Below, one piece after another: positions 32,023 through 41,917 of a DNA stretch of 64,000 nt. Location: the NCBI GenBank assembly GCA_949294555.1, contig CASFHP010000021.1, positions 1,860 through 65,859 of the forward strand, written 5' to 3'. Source of the DNA: an uncultured Eubacteriales bacterium (GTDB lineage: Bacteria; Bacillota; Clostridia; TANB77; CAG-508). The translations under genes and the position numbers were made by a program. The notes below the pieces were generated by a model. The model was not told the origin of the DNA, ran no database searches, and worked only from the letters and a program-made list of their open reading frames with translations. Every line of letters begins with the position of its first letter. The stretch's first letter is position 1.

Positions 32023-32481
32023 ATGGATGAAATTTATAAACAGGCATTTGCAGAGGCTTTAGAGGTTTTACAAAACACAGATGAAAATATATTGAAAAAA
32101 ATACCAGAGCAATTTATCACATTTTTAAATCAAAACAAAGACAATCAATATCAGGTAAATATTGATTTTGCAAATGCTAATTGGGAAGATATGGTAAAAC
32201 CAGAGACACAAGCTATTTTGGCATTAATATATAGAGATTATATTGTTTCTCCTGAAGAACGAGAAAAACTATTGAAAGAAGAAAAAGAAGAACAAATTAA
32301 AATTGAGAAAGAACTAAGAGAAAAATACAATCCAGATAATATATTTAAAACTAAAAAGGTGGCAACGCCGAACGAAATACAAAAAACAGAAACGATTACA
32401 CAGCTAACTGAAATCCCGAAATATCCATGGTATAAAAGAATATGGAATAAAATATTAGAAATTTTCGGAACAAAACATTAA
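32023..32481 (+). CDS. Hypothetical protein
   Basis: 152-aa ORF with RBS acggaggt. No motif recognised. Confidence 0.45.
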   Translation: MDEIYKQAFAEALEVLQNTDENILKKIPEQFITFLNQNKDNQYQVNIDFANANWEDMVKPETQAILALIYRDYIVSPEEREKLLKEEKEEQIKIEKELREKYNPDNIFKTKKVATPNEIQKTETITQLTEIPKYPWYKRIWNKILEIFGTKH

Positions 32482-32616
32482 TAGCAAGAAAATATCTTGC
32501 TATTTTTTTTATTGTAGTATAAAATTTACAAGGGATCATCTAAAAGGAAAGGTTGAAGATTTGACATAAAAATGTCTCAAAAAGAAACGTCCCCAATTGG
32601 ACAAAAGGAGAATTTT

Positions 32617-35600
32617 ATGGGATTAAGAATTATTTATGGAAAAACAGGAACAGGAAAAAGCAGTTTTTGTTTTTCAGAAATTGCAAAGTTAATAGAAAAA
32701 GAAGAAAATATATATTATATAACCCCAGAACAATTTTCATTTACAGCAGAGAAAAATTTAATGGGGTTTTTAAAAGAAAAAGCGGTTATGAATGCAGAGG
32801 TTATAACATTTAGTAGAATGGCAAATAGAGCATTAAATGAAATTGGCGGAAGAAATAAAACCAATCTATCAAAGTGTGGAAAAGCCATGCTGATTTATTC
32901 GATTTTATCAAAACATCAAAATGATTTTCAATTTTTAGGAAAAAGTGATGAAAATATTGAAATTGGAATTCAAAGTATAACAGAATTCAAAAAACATGGT
33001 ATTACTTTAGAAACACTAAATAATGAGATAGAAACCATTGAGGATAAATACTTAAAAACAAAGTTAGAAGATATCCGATGTATTTATCAAAATTATGAGG
33101 AACAAATTTCACAAAATTATATTGAGGAAACCGATTTATTAGATTTTCTAGCAAAGAATATAGAGAATTTAAGTTGGATTAAAAACAGTATTATATATAT
33201 TGATGAATTTTCAGGATTTACAGCACAAGAATATGAAGTAATAAAACAATTTATCAAATATGCAAAACAAGTTAATATAACCATGTGTATTGATAATTTG
33301 GAAAGAGATACCAATCCAGATATAGATATATTTTATTCTAATAAACAAACATTAAAAAAGCTAGTTAGAATTGTCGATGAAAATCACTTTAAATTAGAAG
33401 AACCAGTGGAATTACAAAAACAATATCGATTAAAAAGTGAAGAATTACAGGTGTTAAGTCAAAATTTATATAGTACAAAATCCACAAAATATGCAAAAGA
33501 TGTGGAAAACATACATCTATTTTTAGCAAAAAACAGGTATTCAGAGATTGAAAATGTAGCAAAAACCATTTGTAAAATGGTAAGAGAAAACCAGTTACAA
33601 TATAGAGATATGGCAGTGATTACTAAAAATATAGATATGTATTCTTCACTTGTAAGAAGTATTTTTGCAAAATATGATATTCCTGTATTTATTGATGAAA
33701 AAAGAGATTTGAACCAAAATATTATTGTGCAATATGTGCTTTCTATTTTAGACATTTTTACAACCAATTATGCAAATGAAGCAATGTTCAATTATATCAA
33801 ACTAGGATTTTTAGATATAGAAGATGACGAAATTTTTAAGCTAGAAAATTATTGTACAAAATGGGGCATTAAGCGAAATAAATGGAAAGAAGATTTCAAA
33901 TATGAAATGGAGGATGAGAATAAGAAACAAGAGATTGAAAGACTAAATGAAATTAGAAAACAAATTATAGAGCCATTAATCACTTTAAAAAAGAATATTG
34001 ATAAAGAAAAAACAGCGATAAATATTACTAAACAAATCTATGGATTTTTGCAAGAACAAAATATAGAAGAAAAGATTTCTAAAAAAGTAAAAGACTTAGA
34101 AGAGATGGGACTAATTGATTTAGCAAATGAATATATGGAAAGTTATCATATCATTTTAGAAGTTTTTGATGAAATCGTTTTGGTCTTTAAAGAAGACAAA
34201 ATGAATATAGATACATATAGTAAAATTCTAAAAATTGGATTGAAAAATAGTGAATTGGGTAAAATTCCAGCAACACAGGACCAAGTGACTTTAGGAGATG
34301 TCGATAGAACGAGAAGTCATAAGGTAGAGGTTGTGTTTGTCATTGGCTTAAATGATGGTGTTTTCCCAAGTGTGAATAAAGATGAAGGATTTTTAAATGA
34401 TACAGATAGAGAACACTTAAAAAATGATGGCATAGAATTAGCCAATGGTACACTAGAAAATCTATATGAGGAAAATTTTAATATTTATAAAGTGTTTACA
34501 ACTGCGGAACAAGAAATGTATTTATCATATGCCTCATCAGATGGAGAGGGAAAAGCATTAAGACCATCTATTTTAATTCATAAAATGAAAAAGATTTTTC
34601 CAAAATTAGAAGAACAAAGTGATGTTATAACCAAGCAATATGAAGTTGTTAATCAAGATATTACATATGAAGAATTGCTAGAAAAAATATATCAACTAAA
34701 AAATAAAGAAAACATAGAAAATTTATGGTATGCAGTATATGCTTGGTATAAACAAAATTCGAAATGGAATACAAGGCTAGAGCAAGATATGGAAGGGTTA
34801 GCCTATACCAATGTACCCCAAAAATTGAAAAAAGAAAACATGGATAAACTATATGGCAATACTTTGCATACGAGTGTATCAAGATTAGAGCAGTATCGAA
34901 GATGTCCGTTTTCATATTATCTACAATATGGATTAAAAGTAAAACCAAAAGAAGAGTTGAAAATTCAAAGTTTTAATACAGGTTCTTTTATGCATGAAAC
35001 AATTGACGAATTTTTTAAGTATGTACATGAAAATAGTTTGAATTTAGCAGAATTAGAAGAAATAGATATTCAAAAAATTGTATCAAAAATTATTGATGAA
35101 GATTTGGAATTGTCAAAAAACTATATCTTTAAAGCAACGGTAAAATACAATATTCTTGTAAGAAGATTAAAAAAGATTGTTAGCAAAGCTTTAAAATATA
35201 TTATTCAAACCCTGATTTATAGTGATTTTACGATTAAAGGAACAGAGGTAGAATTTGATACAAAAGGAGAATATAAGCCAATACAATTGGAATTAGAAGA
35301 TGGAAAAAGAATTGAAATTACAGGTAAAATTGATAGGATTGACATGGCAAAAGAAGAGGATGGAAATTATTTAAGAATTATTGATTATAAATCTTCAAGT
35401 AAAAATATCGACTTAAATGAGGTATATGCAGGATTGCAAATACAGTTATTAACTTATGCAGACGCTGTATGCAAAGAAGAAGACCTAATTCCAGCAGGGA
35501 TATTCTATTTTTCACTATTAGAGCAAATGATAAAAGCAGATAAAAAAATAGAAGACGAAGAAATAGAAGAATTAATCAGAAAAAACTTTAAAATGAAAGG

Positions 35601-35979
35601 ACTAATTATAGCAGATGTAAAAGTGATTAAAATGAATGATAATTCACTAACAACAGGAACTTCTAAAATGGTCCCAGCAGCTATTAGCAAGTCTGGTGAG
35701 GTTATTGAAAAATGGACAAATGGTGTAAAACAAGAAGAATTTAGCATATTACAAAAATATATTTATCAAACGATAAAAGAAATTGGAAAAGAAATTTTTA
35801 ATGGAAATATTGATTTAAAGCCATATTACAAAAATGGAAAAACACCATGCGAATATTGCGAATATAAATCTATATGCACCTTTGACCCAAGAAGAAAAGA
35901 AAATACATATCAATATATTAACAAATTGACAAAAGATGATATAATAAGGAAAATGAAAAAAGAAATCCATGAAGCTTAA
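32617..35979 (+). CDS. addB: ATP-dependent helicase/nuclease subunit B (AddB/RexB)
   Basis: N-terminal GKTGTGKS and C-terminal nuclease/Fe-S cysteines (CPFSYY ... CEYCEYKSIC). I prefer the start at ATG 32617 after RBS aaaggaga. Confidence 0.9.
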   Translation: MGLRIIYGKTGTGKSSFCFSEIAKLIEKEENIYYITPEQFSFTAEKNLMGFLKEKAVMNAEVITFSRMANRALNEIGGRNKTNLSKCGKAMLIYSILSKHQNDFQFLGKSDENIEIGIQSITEFKKHGITLETLNNEIETIEDKYLKTKLEDIRCIYQNYEEQISQNYIEETDLLDFLAKNIENLSWIKNSIIYIDEFSGFTAQEYEVIKQFIKYAKQVNITMCIDNLERDTNPDIDIFYSNKQTLKKLVRIVDENHFKLEEPVELQKQYRLKSEELQVLSQNLYSTKSTKYAKDVENIHLFLAKNRYSEIENVAKTICKMVRENQLQYRDMAVITKNIDMYSSLVRSIFAKYDIPVFIDEKRDLNQNIIVQYVLSILDIFTTNYANEAMFNYIKLGFLDIEDDEIFKLENYCTKWGIKRNKWKEDFKYEMEDENKKQEIERLNEIRKQIIEPLITLKKNIDKEKTAINITKQIYGFLQEQNIEEKISKKVKDLEEMGLIDLANEYMESYHIILEVFDEIVLVFKEDKMNIDTYSKILKIGLKNSELGKIPATQDQVTLGDVDRTRSHKVEVVFVIGLNDGVFPSVNKDEGFLNDTDREHLKNDGIELANGTLENLYEENFNIYKVFTTAEQEMYLSYASSDGEGKALRPSILIHKMKKIFPKLEEQSDVITKQYEVVNQDITYEELLEKIYQLKNKENIENLWYAVYAWYKQNSKWNTRLEQDMEGLAYTNVPQKLKKENMDKLYGNTLHTSVSRLEQYRRCPFSYYLQYGLKVKPKEELKIQSFNTGSFMHETIDEFFKYVHENSLNLAELEEIDIQKIVSKIIDEDLELSKNYIFKATVKYNILVRRLKKIVSKALKYIIQTLIYSDFTIKGTEVEFDTKGEYKPIQLELEDGKRIEITGKIDRIDMAKEEDGNYLRIIDYKSSSKNIDLNEVYAGLQIQLLTYADAVCKEEDLIPAGIFYFSLLEQMIKADKKIEDEEIEELIRKNFKMKGLIIADVKVIKMNDNSLTTGTSKMVPAAISKSGEVIEKWTNGVKQEEFSILQKYIYQTIKEIGKEIFNGNIDLKPYYKNGKTPCEYCEYKSICTFDPRRKENTYQYINKLTKDDIIRKMKKEIHEA

Positions 35980-36038
35980 AATGCTAAATCGGTTCAAAGA
36001 AAGGAGAAAAGACTATTATATAGTCTATATCAGAAATT

Positions 36039-36956
36039 ATGAAAGATTTATCAAATAAAAATGTGCTTCACATAAGAGACAAAAACATAGAATATTTACA
36101 ATTTAGAAAATTGTTAGAATATAAGGATGTTATTCGTCATGCATATGCATTAGGTTTGGATGTGGGATTTAAAACAACTACAGTAGACCAAAAATCAGCG
36201 CCAATGGAAAGAATAGAATTGGCTAAACAATCCTATAAAAAGTTATGTAGTTGTATAGAGAGCGATTATGCCCATATCGTGCAAGCAAACCAAAACCATA
36301 CAGATGTTGTAAAAATTGTTGAAGAGAAAGTAAATAGAAATGAACCAGACTTTAGTTTGACAGAAGAAGGCATAGAAGATGGACTAATCACGAATCAAAA
36401 GAATTTAATGCTAGCAACAACAAATGCAGATTGTATTTTATTACTATTTTTTGACCCAGTAAAACATGTGATTAGTAATACACATTCTGGTTGGAAAGGC
36501 ACTTTGCAAAGAATATCAGTTAAAACGGTTCAAAAAATGGTAAAAGAATTTGGAAGCAATCCACAAGATATCATTTGTTGCATTTGTCCAAGTATTAGAA
36601 AATGCCATTTTGAAGTAGATAAAGATGTTAAAGACATGTTTGAAAATGAATTTCATGATTTAGAGAATGCCAAATTCATAGATATAGAAGATGGAAATAA
36701 AGAAAAGGTAATTCAGCCAAAAGATTTTATAGAGGAAAAAATAGAAAATGCAAAATGGAATATAGATACGGTTTTGATTAATAAAATTCTTCTTCAAAAA
36801 GAAGGATTAAAGCCAGAAAATATTATCGATTCAGGAATTTGTAGTGTTTGTAATTCAGACATAATACACTCTTATAGAATTGAAAAGAAAAATTATAATA
36901 CAGAAACAGCGATTATTGAATTAAAAGTTACAATTGACAGCCAATTTATAAAATAA
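36039..36956 (+). CDS. YfiH/PgeF-family (DUF152, laccase-domain) protein
   Basis: Motifs NQNHTD, TNADC and HSGWKGT. Confidence 0.8.
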   Translation: MKDLSNKNVLHIRDKNIEYLQFRKLLEYKDVIRHAYALGLDVGFKTTTVDQKSAPMERIELAKQSYKKLCSCIESDYAHIVQANQNHTDVVKIVEEKVNRNEPDFSLTEEGIEDGLITNQKNLMLATTNADCILLLFFDPVKHVISNTHSGWKGTLQRISVKTVQKMVKEFGSNPQDIICCICPSIRKCHFEVDKDVKDMFENEFHDLENAKFIDIEDGNKEKVIQPKDFIEEKIENAKWNIDTVLINKILLQKEGLKPENIIDSGICSVCNSDIIHSYRIEKKNYNTETAIIELKVTIDSQFIK

Positions 36957-36960
36957 TCTC

Positions 36961-37146
36961 AAAGCAGTAATATATAAATATTTTATTCATTAAATGGCTG
37001 GCATTACAAAATATACAAATTCTAACATTATAAAGCAGGCACCTCTCACAGCAAGTCTGAGATTCTCCTACTTGATAATGTAAGAATTTGTAATATTTCT
37101 TCATTAGCACATTTAATTTCATAAAATATTTATATATTACTGCTTT
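36961..37146 (+). repeat. Family-B element, copy 1: 136-nt core inside a 25-bp perfect palindrome
   Basis: Arms 36961-36985 and 37122-37146 are exact reverse complements. The core begins ttcattaaatggctggcattac and shares about 90 nt, nearly identical, with copy 2. Confidence 0.8.
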
Positions 37147-37239
37147 TGGGTTTAAGTAAGATAATTATAACTGTGAATTGTAACAATAAAAAATAGAAAG
37201 TAAAAAATAGAAAATAAAAAATAGAAGGATGTAATAAAA

Positions 37240-37794
37240 ATGTTTAAAACATGGGAAGAATTAGAAGAATCAATTATAAATTGTCAAAAATGTAAATTAT
37301 GTAAGACAAGACAACATATCGTATTTGGAACAGGAAACAAGGAAGCAAGATTGATGTTTATTGGAGAAGGACCAGGGGCAGACGAGGATAGATTAGGAGA
37401 ACCATTTGTAGGAAGAGCAGGAAAATTAATGGATTTAGCTTTTGAAACATTAGGTATTGATAGAAAAAAAGTATATATTGCAAATGTTGTAAAATGTAGA
37501 CCACCTGCAAATCGAAATCCAGAAGAAGATGAAGCAGTAGCTTGTTTAGATTATTTAAGAAATCAAGTAATCCTTATACAACCAGAAGTGATTGTCTTAT
37601 TAGGCAGTGTGGCTTTAAAAAATATTTTGGGAAAAGAATATGGCATCACAGCTTCTAGAGGAAAATGGGTAGAGAAAAAAGGTATCAAATATATGCCAAC
37701 CTGGCATCCAGCAGCTTTGTTGCGAGACGAAACGAAAAAAATTGATTTTATAAAAGATTTGCAAAAAGTGGTAGAAGAAATGGAACTCAAATAA
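37240..37794 (+). CDS. Family-4 uracil-DNA glycosylase (Fe-S type)
   Basis: CxxCxLC cysteines at the N-terminus, the GEGPGADED motif, and HPAALLR. Confidence 0.9.
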   Translation: MFKTWEELEESIINCQKCKLCKTRQHIVFGTGNKEARLMFIGEGPGADEDRLGEPFVGRAGKLMDLAFETLGIDRKKVYIANVVKCRPPANRNPEEDEAVACLDYLRNQVILIQPEVIVLLGSVALKNILGKEYGITASRGKWVEKKGIKYMPTWHPAALLRDETKKIDFIKDLQKVVEEMELK

Positions 37795-37854
37795 AACAGG
37801 AATATTGCAATCCATAGTTAGTAGTTACAATTTATGATTATTATTTAAAACCAG

Positions 37855-37991
37855 AATTATATTACTATATTTTATTCATTAAATGGCTGGCATTACGAAA
37901 TATACAAATTCTAACATTATAAAGCAGGCACCTCTCACAGCAAGTCTGAGATTCTCCTACTTGAAATTTCATAAAATATAGTAATATAATT
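37855..37991 (+). repeat. Family-B element, copy 2: 97-nt core inside a 20-bp perfect palindrome
   Basis: Arms 37855-37874 and 37972-37991 are exact reverse complements. Same orientation as copy 1. It lacks the 39 nt present at 37074-37112 in copy 1. Confidence 0.8.
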
Positions 37992-38184
37992 TCGGTTAAT
38001 TAGATGAATTTCTGATATGAATTGTAATGAATTATTTATGAAAAACTTATCTATTAAGTCAGTTTTATTGACGATGGGATTTAAACAGTGTAAAATATAA
38101 AAAATGAGAATAATCAGTTTTTCATTATAGAAAATTACATTTTGATAGTAAAAGATAAAGTTAATACTGAAAAGAGGCGGAAAA

Positions 38185-39444
38185 ATGATAAAAGAAATAG
38201 AAGAAAAAGTCAATTATTGCTTAAATTGTAAGGTAAGACCATGTTCTTTAAAAGGTTGTCCATTAAATAATCGTATACCAGATTTTATACAGGCATTAAA
38301 AAAAGAGGAATATTTTGAAGCGTATAAAATCTTATCAGAAACAACGGTGTTGCCAGGTGTGTGTGGAAGAATTTGTCCTCATGAGAAACAATGTCAAGGT
38401 TCTTGTGTAAGAGGAATTAAAGGAGAGCCTGTTTCAATAGGCGAGCTAGAAGCATATACATTTGATAAAGCACATGAATTAGGATATCATTTATCAGATT
38501 GCTATGAAAAAGTTGAAAAGAAAGATAAGAAAGTAGCAGTTATTGGAGGAGGACCAGCAGGACTAACCTGTGCAGGTTTTTTAGCAAAAGAAGGTATACA
38601 AGTTACAATTTATGAAAAGTACAATTATTTAGGTGGATTATTGATGTTTGGAATTCCAGATTTTCGATTACCAAAAGAAATTGTAGAAAATACTGTAAAA
38701 GATATTCTAGATTTAGGAATAGAAGTAAAATATAATCAAGAACTTGAAAAAGATTTTACTTTAAAAGATATAGAAAATGAATATGACGCCATATTTTTAA
38801 GCATTGGTGCAAATGTTTCTTCTAAAATGGGTGTAGAAGGAGAAGAGTTGAAAGGCGTTTATGGCGGAAATGAGTTACTTGAATATAATTTACATCCAGA
38901 TTACAAAGATAAAAAAGTAATTGTAACAGGTGGCGGAAATGTTGCAATGGATTGTGCCAGAACAATTAATAAATTAGGTGCAAAAGAAGTAACTGTTGTT
39001 TATAGAAGAGCAGAAGAACAAATGCCAGCAGAAAAAAAAGAAATAGCAGACGCCAAAGCAGAAGGTGTGAAGTTTGCTTTTCAAAACAATATTGTTAAAA
39101 TTTTAGGAAACGAAAAAGTAGAAAAAGTAGAATTAATCAAAACAAAATTAGTACAAAAAGAAGGGGAAAGCAGATTATCTCCTGTTAACATCGAAAATAG
39201 CAATTATCAGGTAGATGTTGACTACATCGTCATGGCATTAGGGTCAAAACCACAAGAATATGTAAAAGATTTAGGCTTAACATTGAATAAGTGGGGCAAT
39301 ATAGAAGTAAACGAAGAATATAAAACTTCTAATCCTAAGATTTTTGCAGGTGGAGATTTGGCAGGAATGAAAGGAACTGTTGCATGGGCAGCAAAATCAG
39401 GAAGAGAAGCCGCAAGAAACATTATTAAGAATATAACAAACTGA
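38185..39444 (+). CDS. Glutamate-synthase small-subunit-like NAD(P)H oxidoreductase (Fe-S + FAD/NAD binding)
   Basis: N-terminal Cys clusters (CxxC..C, CGRICPHEKQCQGSC) and two Rossmann motifs (VIGGGPAG, VTGGGNVAMD). Confidence 0.85.
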   Translation: MIKEIEEKVNYCLNCKVRPCSLKGCPLNNRIPDFIQALKKEEYFEAYKILSETTVLPGVCGRICPHEKQCQGSCVRGIKGEPVSIGELEAYTFDKAHELGYHLSDCYEKVEKKDKKVAVIGGGPAGLTCAGFLAKEGIQVTIYEKYNYLGGLLMFGIPDFRLPKEIVENTVKDILDLGIEVKYNQELEKDFTLKDIENEYDAIFLSIGANVSSKMGVEGEELKGVYGGNELLEYNLHPDYKDKKVIVTGGGNVAMDCARTINKLGAKEVTVVYRRAEEQMPAEKKEIADAKAEGVKFAFQNNIVKILGNEKVEKVELIKTKLVQKEGESRLSPVNIENSNYQVDVDYIVMALGSKPQEYVKDLGLTLNKWGNIEVNEEYKTSNPKIFAGGDLAGMKGTVAWAAKSGREAARNIIKNITN

Positions 39445-39470
39445 AGTTACCATCTTTGGTAACTTCAGTT

Positions 39471-40574
39471 TTATATATCATTATTTTCAGTTTGAGAAGA
39501 TTTTCCTAAAATTAATCGTTTAATGGTTTTAAATAAAGAAAGAATTTTTCCTTCACTTTTTGTTTTTAGATTGATAGCCGTTTCAATTCCCCCATTTTCT
39601 AACACATTATATTTATGTTCTAACTGTGCCATTTTTTCAACATAATAATCATTAAAAAATGTATAACCTTCAGAAAAGCCTAAATAAGCTTTCATACCAT
39701 ATAGTTTTTTTCTATAATTCTCTAATTCTTCTAAATTTTTTATATTTAGAAAAGCTTTATCAAAATAACTAGAAACAATTAAGTTTTGGGTTCTTAAAAA
39801 CGTTAATTTGATTTTTTCTTTTAAGTCATCAATTTTCTTTACCATGTCATCTACTTTTTTATTTCTGTCATCTATAGAAGCAATTTTATTATTTAGTTTA
39901 ATAATATCTTCCTCTGCAAACAAAATATCATCAATCGCATTTTGTATTGCCATAAAAGCTTTTGGAGAAGTTAATTCAGAAAACTTTAATTTAAAATTAT
40001 CATCACTAAACAAAGTACTTTTAAATAGGACATCTTCTCCCGTAATATATGCTAATTGATTAACCAAGCAACATTCTAAAGGATAATATGAAGGACTTGT
40101 AGTTTCAAAACTAACCCCAAAGTATTTTACATAGTCCTTTGGAATACCAATTACTTTTGAAGACATTAATTGAACAGCTGCTTCATTTAGGCCTAAGCCA
40201 TAAATTTTAAATTCGGTATAATCACATAATCCCATTTTTAAAAGATAATTTCTTTTATCTTTTACTTCTTGAAGATAATGTATGCATTCATGAATAGCAA
40301 ATTCTTCCATATCTTCCTCAGGAATATGTTCATTAAAATAAATAGATGTATTTTTATAATAATAATTTGCTTCTGCCATTCCTTCAGGCATTTTTGCTTT
40401 ATACATATCTAGTCTAGATAATTTGATGAATAATTCATTTTCTTTTAATCCATAAGAAGGAAACGTTTCACATAATTTAGAAGCAATATTTTTAGCAATG
40501 GAATTGATTTTTAAGGTATCTAATTTTTGGGTTACTTCAATGCCATCTTTCTTTAAATCAGATTTTATACTCAT
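39471..40574 (-). CDS. Hypothetical protein with an HExxH zincin-like motif
   Basis: HECIHYLQ. I prefer the start at ATG 40574, 6 nt after RBS aaggaga. Confidence 0.5.
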   Translation of the reverse strand: MSIKSDLKKDGIEVTQKLDTLKINSIAKNIASKLCETFPSYGLKENELFIKLSRLDMYKAKMPEGMAEANYYYKNTSIYFNEHIPEEDMEEFAIHECIHYLQEVKDKRNYLLKMGLCDYTEFKIYGLGLNEAAVQLMSSKVIGIPKDYVKYFGVSFETTSPSYYPLECCLVNQLAYITGEDVLFKSTLFSDDNFKLKFSELTSPKAFMAIQNAIDDILFAEEDIIKLNNKIASIDDRNKKVDDMVKKIDDLKEKIKLTFLRTQNLIVSSYFDKAFLNIKNLEELENYRKKLYGMKAYLGFSEGYTFFNDYYVEKMAQLEHKYNVLENGGIETAINLKTKSEGKILSLFKTIKRLILGKSSQTENNDI

Positions 40575-40684
40575 TCTAATTCTCCTTAGTATATACTTAT
40601 CTAACCATATTATACTATATGACAAGAGAAAAAATATTTCAATCTTATTAAATATTAATTACAGTTTGATTACAAAAAAATGTT

Positions 40685-40853
40685 TTTTTACATTATAGGA
40701 AATTACATTTCCTATAATGTAAAAAACAAATTGCACAGAAAAATTGTTTCACAATTTTTCGCACAACAAATCTTATACGCTTCTTGCTAGACCTTAAGTT
40801 AATATAGCAAATATAAAAAGTAGAGAAAATGTCTAGCGAAGCTAGATTTGTTC
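40685..40853 (+). repeat. Composite structured intergenic element, copy C3
   Basis: A 19-bp hairpin containing TATAGGAAAT at 40685-40725. An ATTGCACA module follows, with a hairpin that covaries relative to copy C1. It ends with a GC hairpin tctagcgaagctaga plus atttgttc. Confidence 0.55.
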
Positions 40854-40998
40854 TTGCATTCAAATAGTCTCTATAAGATTGTCAAAATCAAATGTATTCA
40901 TAAAAATATAAATCACAATGTAGAAATTTGTCGAAAAGTTTTTGTTGACATTTAATATTTTTGAATATATAATATCACAAAAAGAAAGGAGGGAAAGA

Positions 40999-41651
40999 AT
41001 GAATAACACTAATAATGAACTTTTACTAAAAATCTATGAAGAAGTGAAAAATACAAAAGAATTAGTAGGAAAACTTGAAATAGAACAAAAAGAAAACAAA
41101 GTAGAAATACAAAAGATTAGTGAGTTAGTAGGAAAACTTGAGATAGAACAGAAAGAAAACAAAGTAGAATTACGAAGACTTAGTGATTTAGTAGGAAAAC
41201 TTGAGATAGAGCAGAAAGAAAACAAAGTAGAAATACGAAGAATTAGTGATTTAGTAGCAAAACTTGAAACAGCACAAAAAGAAAACAAAGTAGAAATACG
41301 AAGAATTAGTGATAAGAAAACAAAGTAGAAATACGAAGACTTAGTGATTTAGTAGGAAAACTTGAAATAGAACAAAAAGAAAACAAAGTAGAAATACGAA
41401 GAATTAGTGATTTAGTAGCAAAACTTGAAATAGAACAAAAAGAAAACAAAGTAGAATTACGAAAGATTAGTGGTTCAGTAGCAAGAATTGAAGTAGAACA
41501 TGGAGAAAAATTAGTAGCTTTATTTGACGCCTTTAAAGTAAATACTGAAAAGATAGAAGAACAAAATGAAAGAATTACAAAATGTGAAAATAAAATAGAA
41601 AAACATGATGACCAAATATATTTTTTAAATTCAAAAGTTCAAAACGCATAA
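40999..41651 (+). pseudogene. Coiled-coil protein built from 21-aa repeats; the frame is broken by a truncated repeat unit
   Basis: The ORF from ATG 40999 stops at 41328. Translation continues in another frame to 41651 with no start codon. The break coincides with a 35-nt unit (41314-41348) in a 63-nt array. Confidence 0.6.
41062..41474 (+). repeat. Tandem 63-bp coding repeat (6 full units + one 35-bp unit)
   Basis: Units start at 41062, 41125, 41188, 41251, [41314, 35 nt], 41349 and 41412. The consensus encodes LVGKLEIEQKENKVEIRRISD. Confidence 0.9.
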
Positions 41652-41917
41652 AAGCCTATTGATGTGCTTTTATAAATATTAATAGGCTTTCAATAAATTT
41701 TTTAATCATATTAATATCAAATAAATTTCTATATATCTAGGAAAAAGAATAATTCGTTAATATTTTTTAATCTCTAAAATTTTATTCTAAATCTTAAATT
41801 TTCATTATAATATGTATACAATGATAAAGTAGAGAAAATGAAACATAGTAATCTATATATTTTTTCGACTTGAAAACAAAATAGAAACGTGGTAGAATCG
41901 CAGTTGAGGTGTAAAAA

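Noticed and set aside
35981-36060. Short ORF ATG-CTA-AAT-CGG... after addB containing an in-frame CGG
   Set aside because: It has no RBS. The +1 frame after the CGG hits TAG within 11 codons. It is unrelated to the neighbouring genes, so I did not count it as a fifth CGG site.
41300-41330. Possible programmed -1 frameshift joining the two halves of the 63-bp repeat gene
   Set aside because: There is no X-XXY-YYZ slippery heptamer at GAT-AAG-AAA-ACA. The break is exactly a 28-nt loss within one repeat unit, so deletion or assembly collapse is the simpler explanation.
41062-41474. Regularly spaced repeats examined as a possible CRISPR array
   Set aside because: The units are contiguous (no spacers), 63 bp long, in frame, and encode a heptad-like coiled coil. 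No CRISPR-like repeat-spacer structure exists anywhere in the window.
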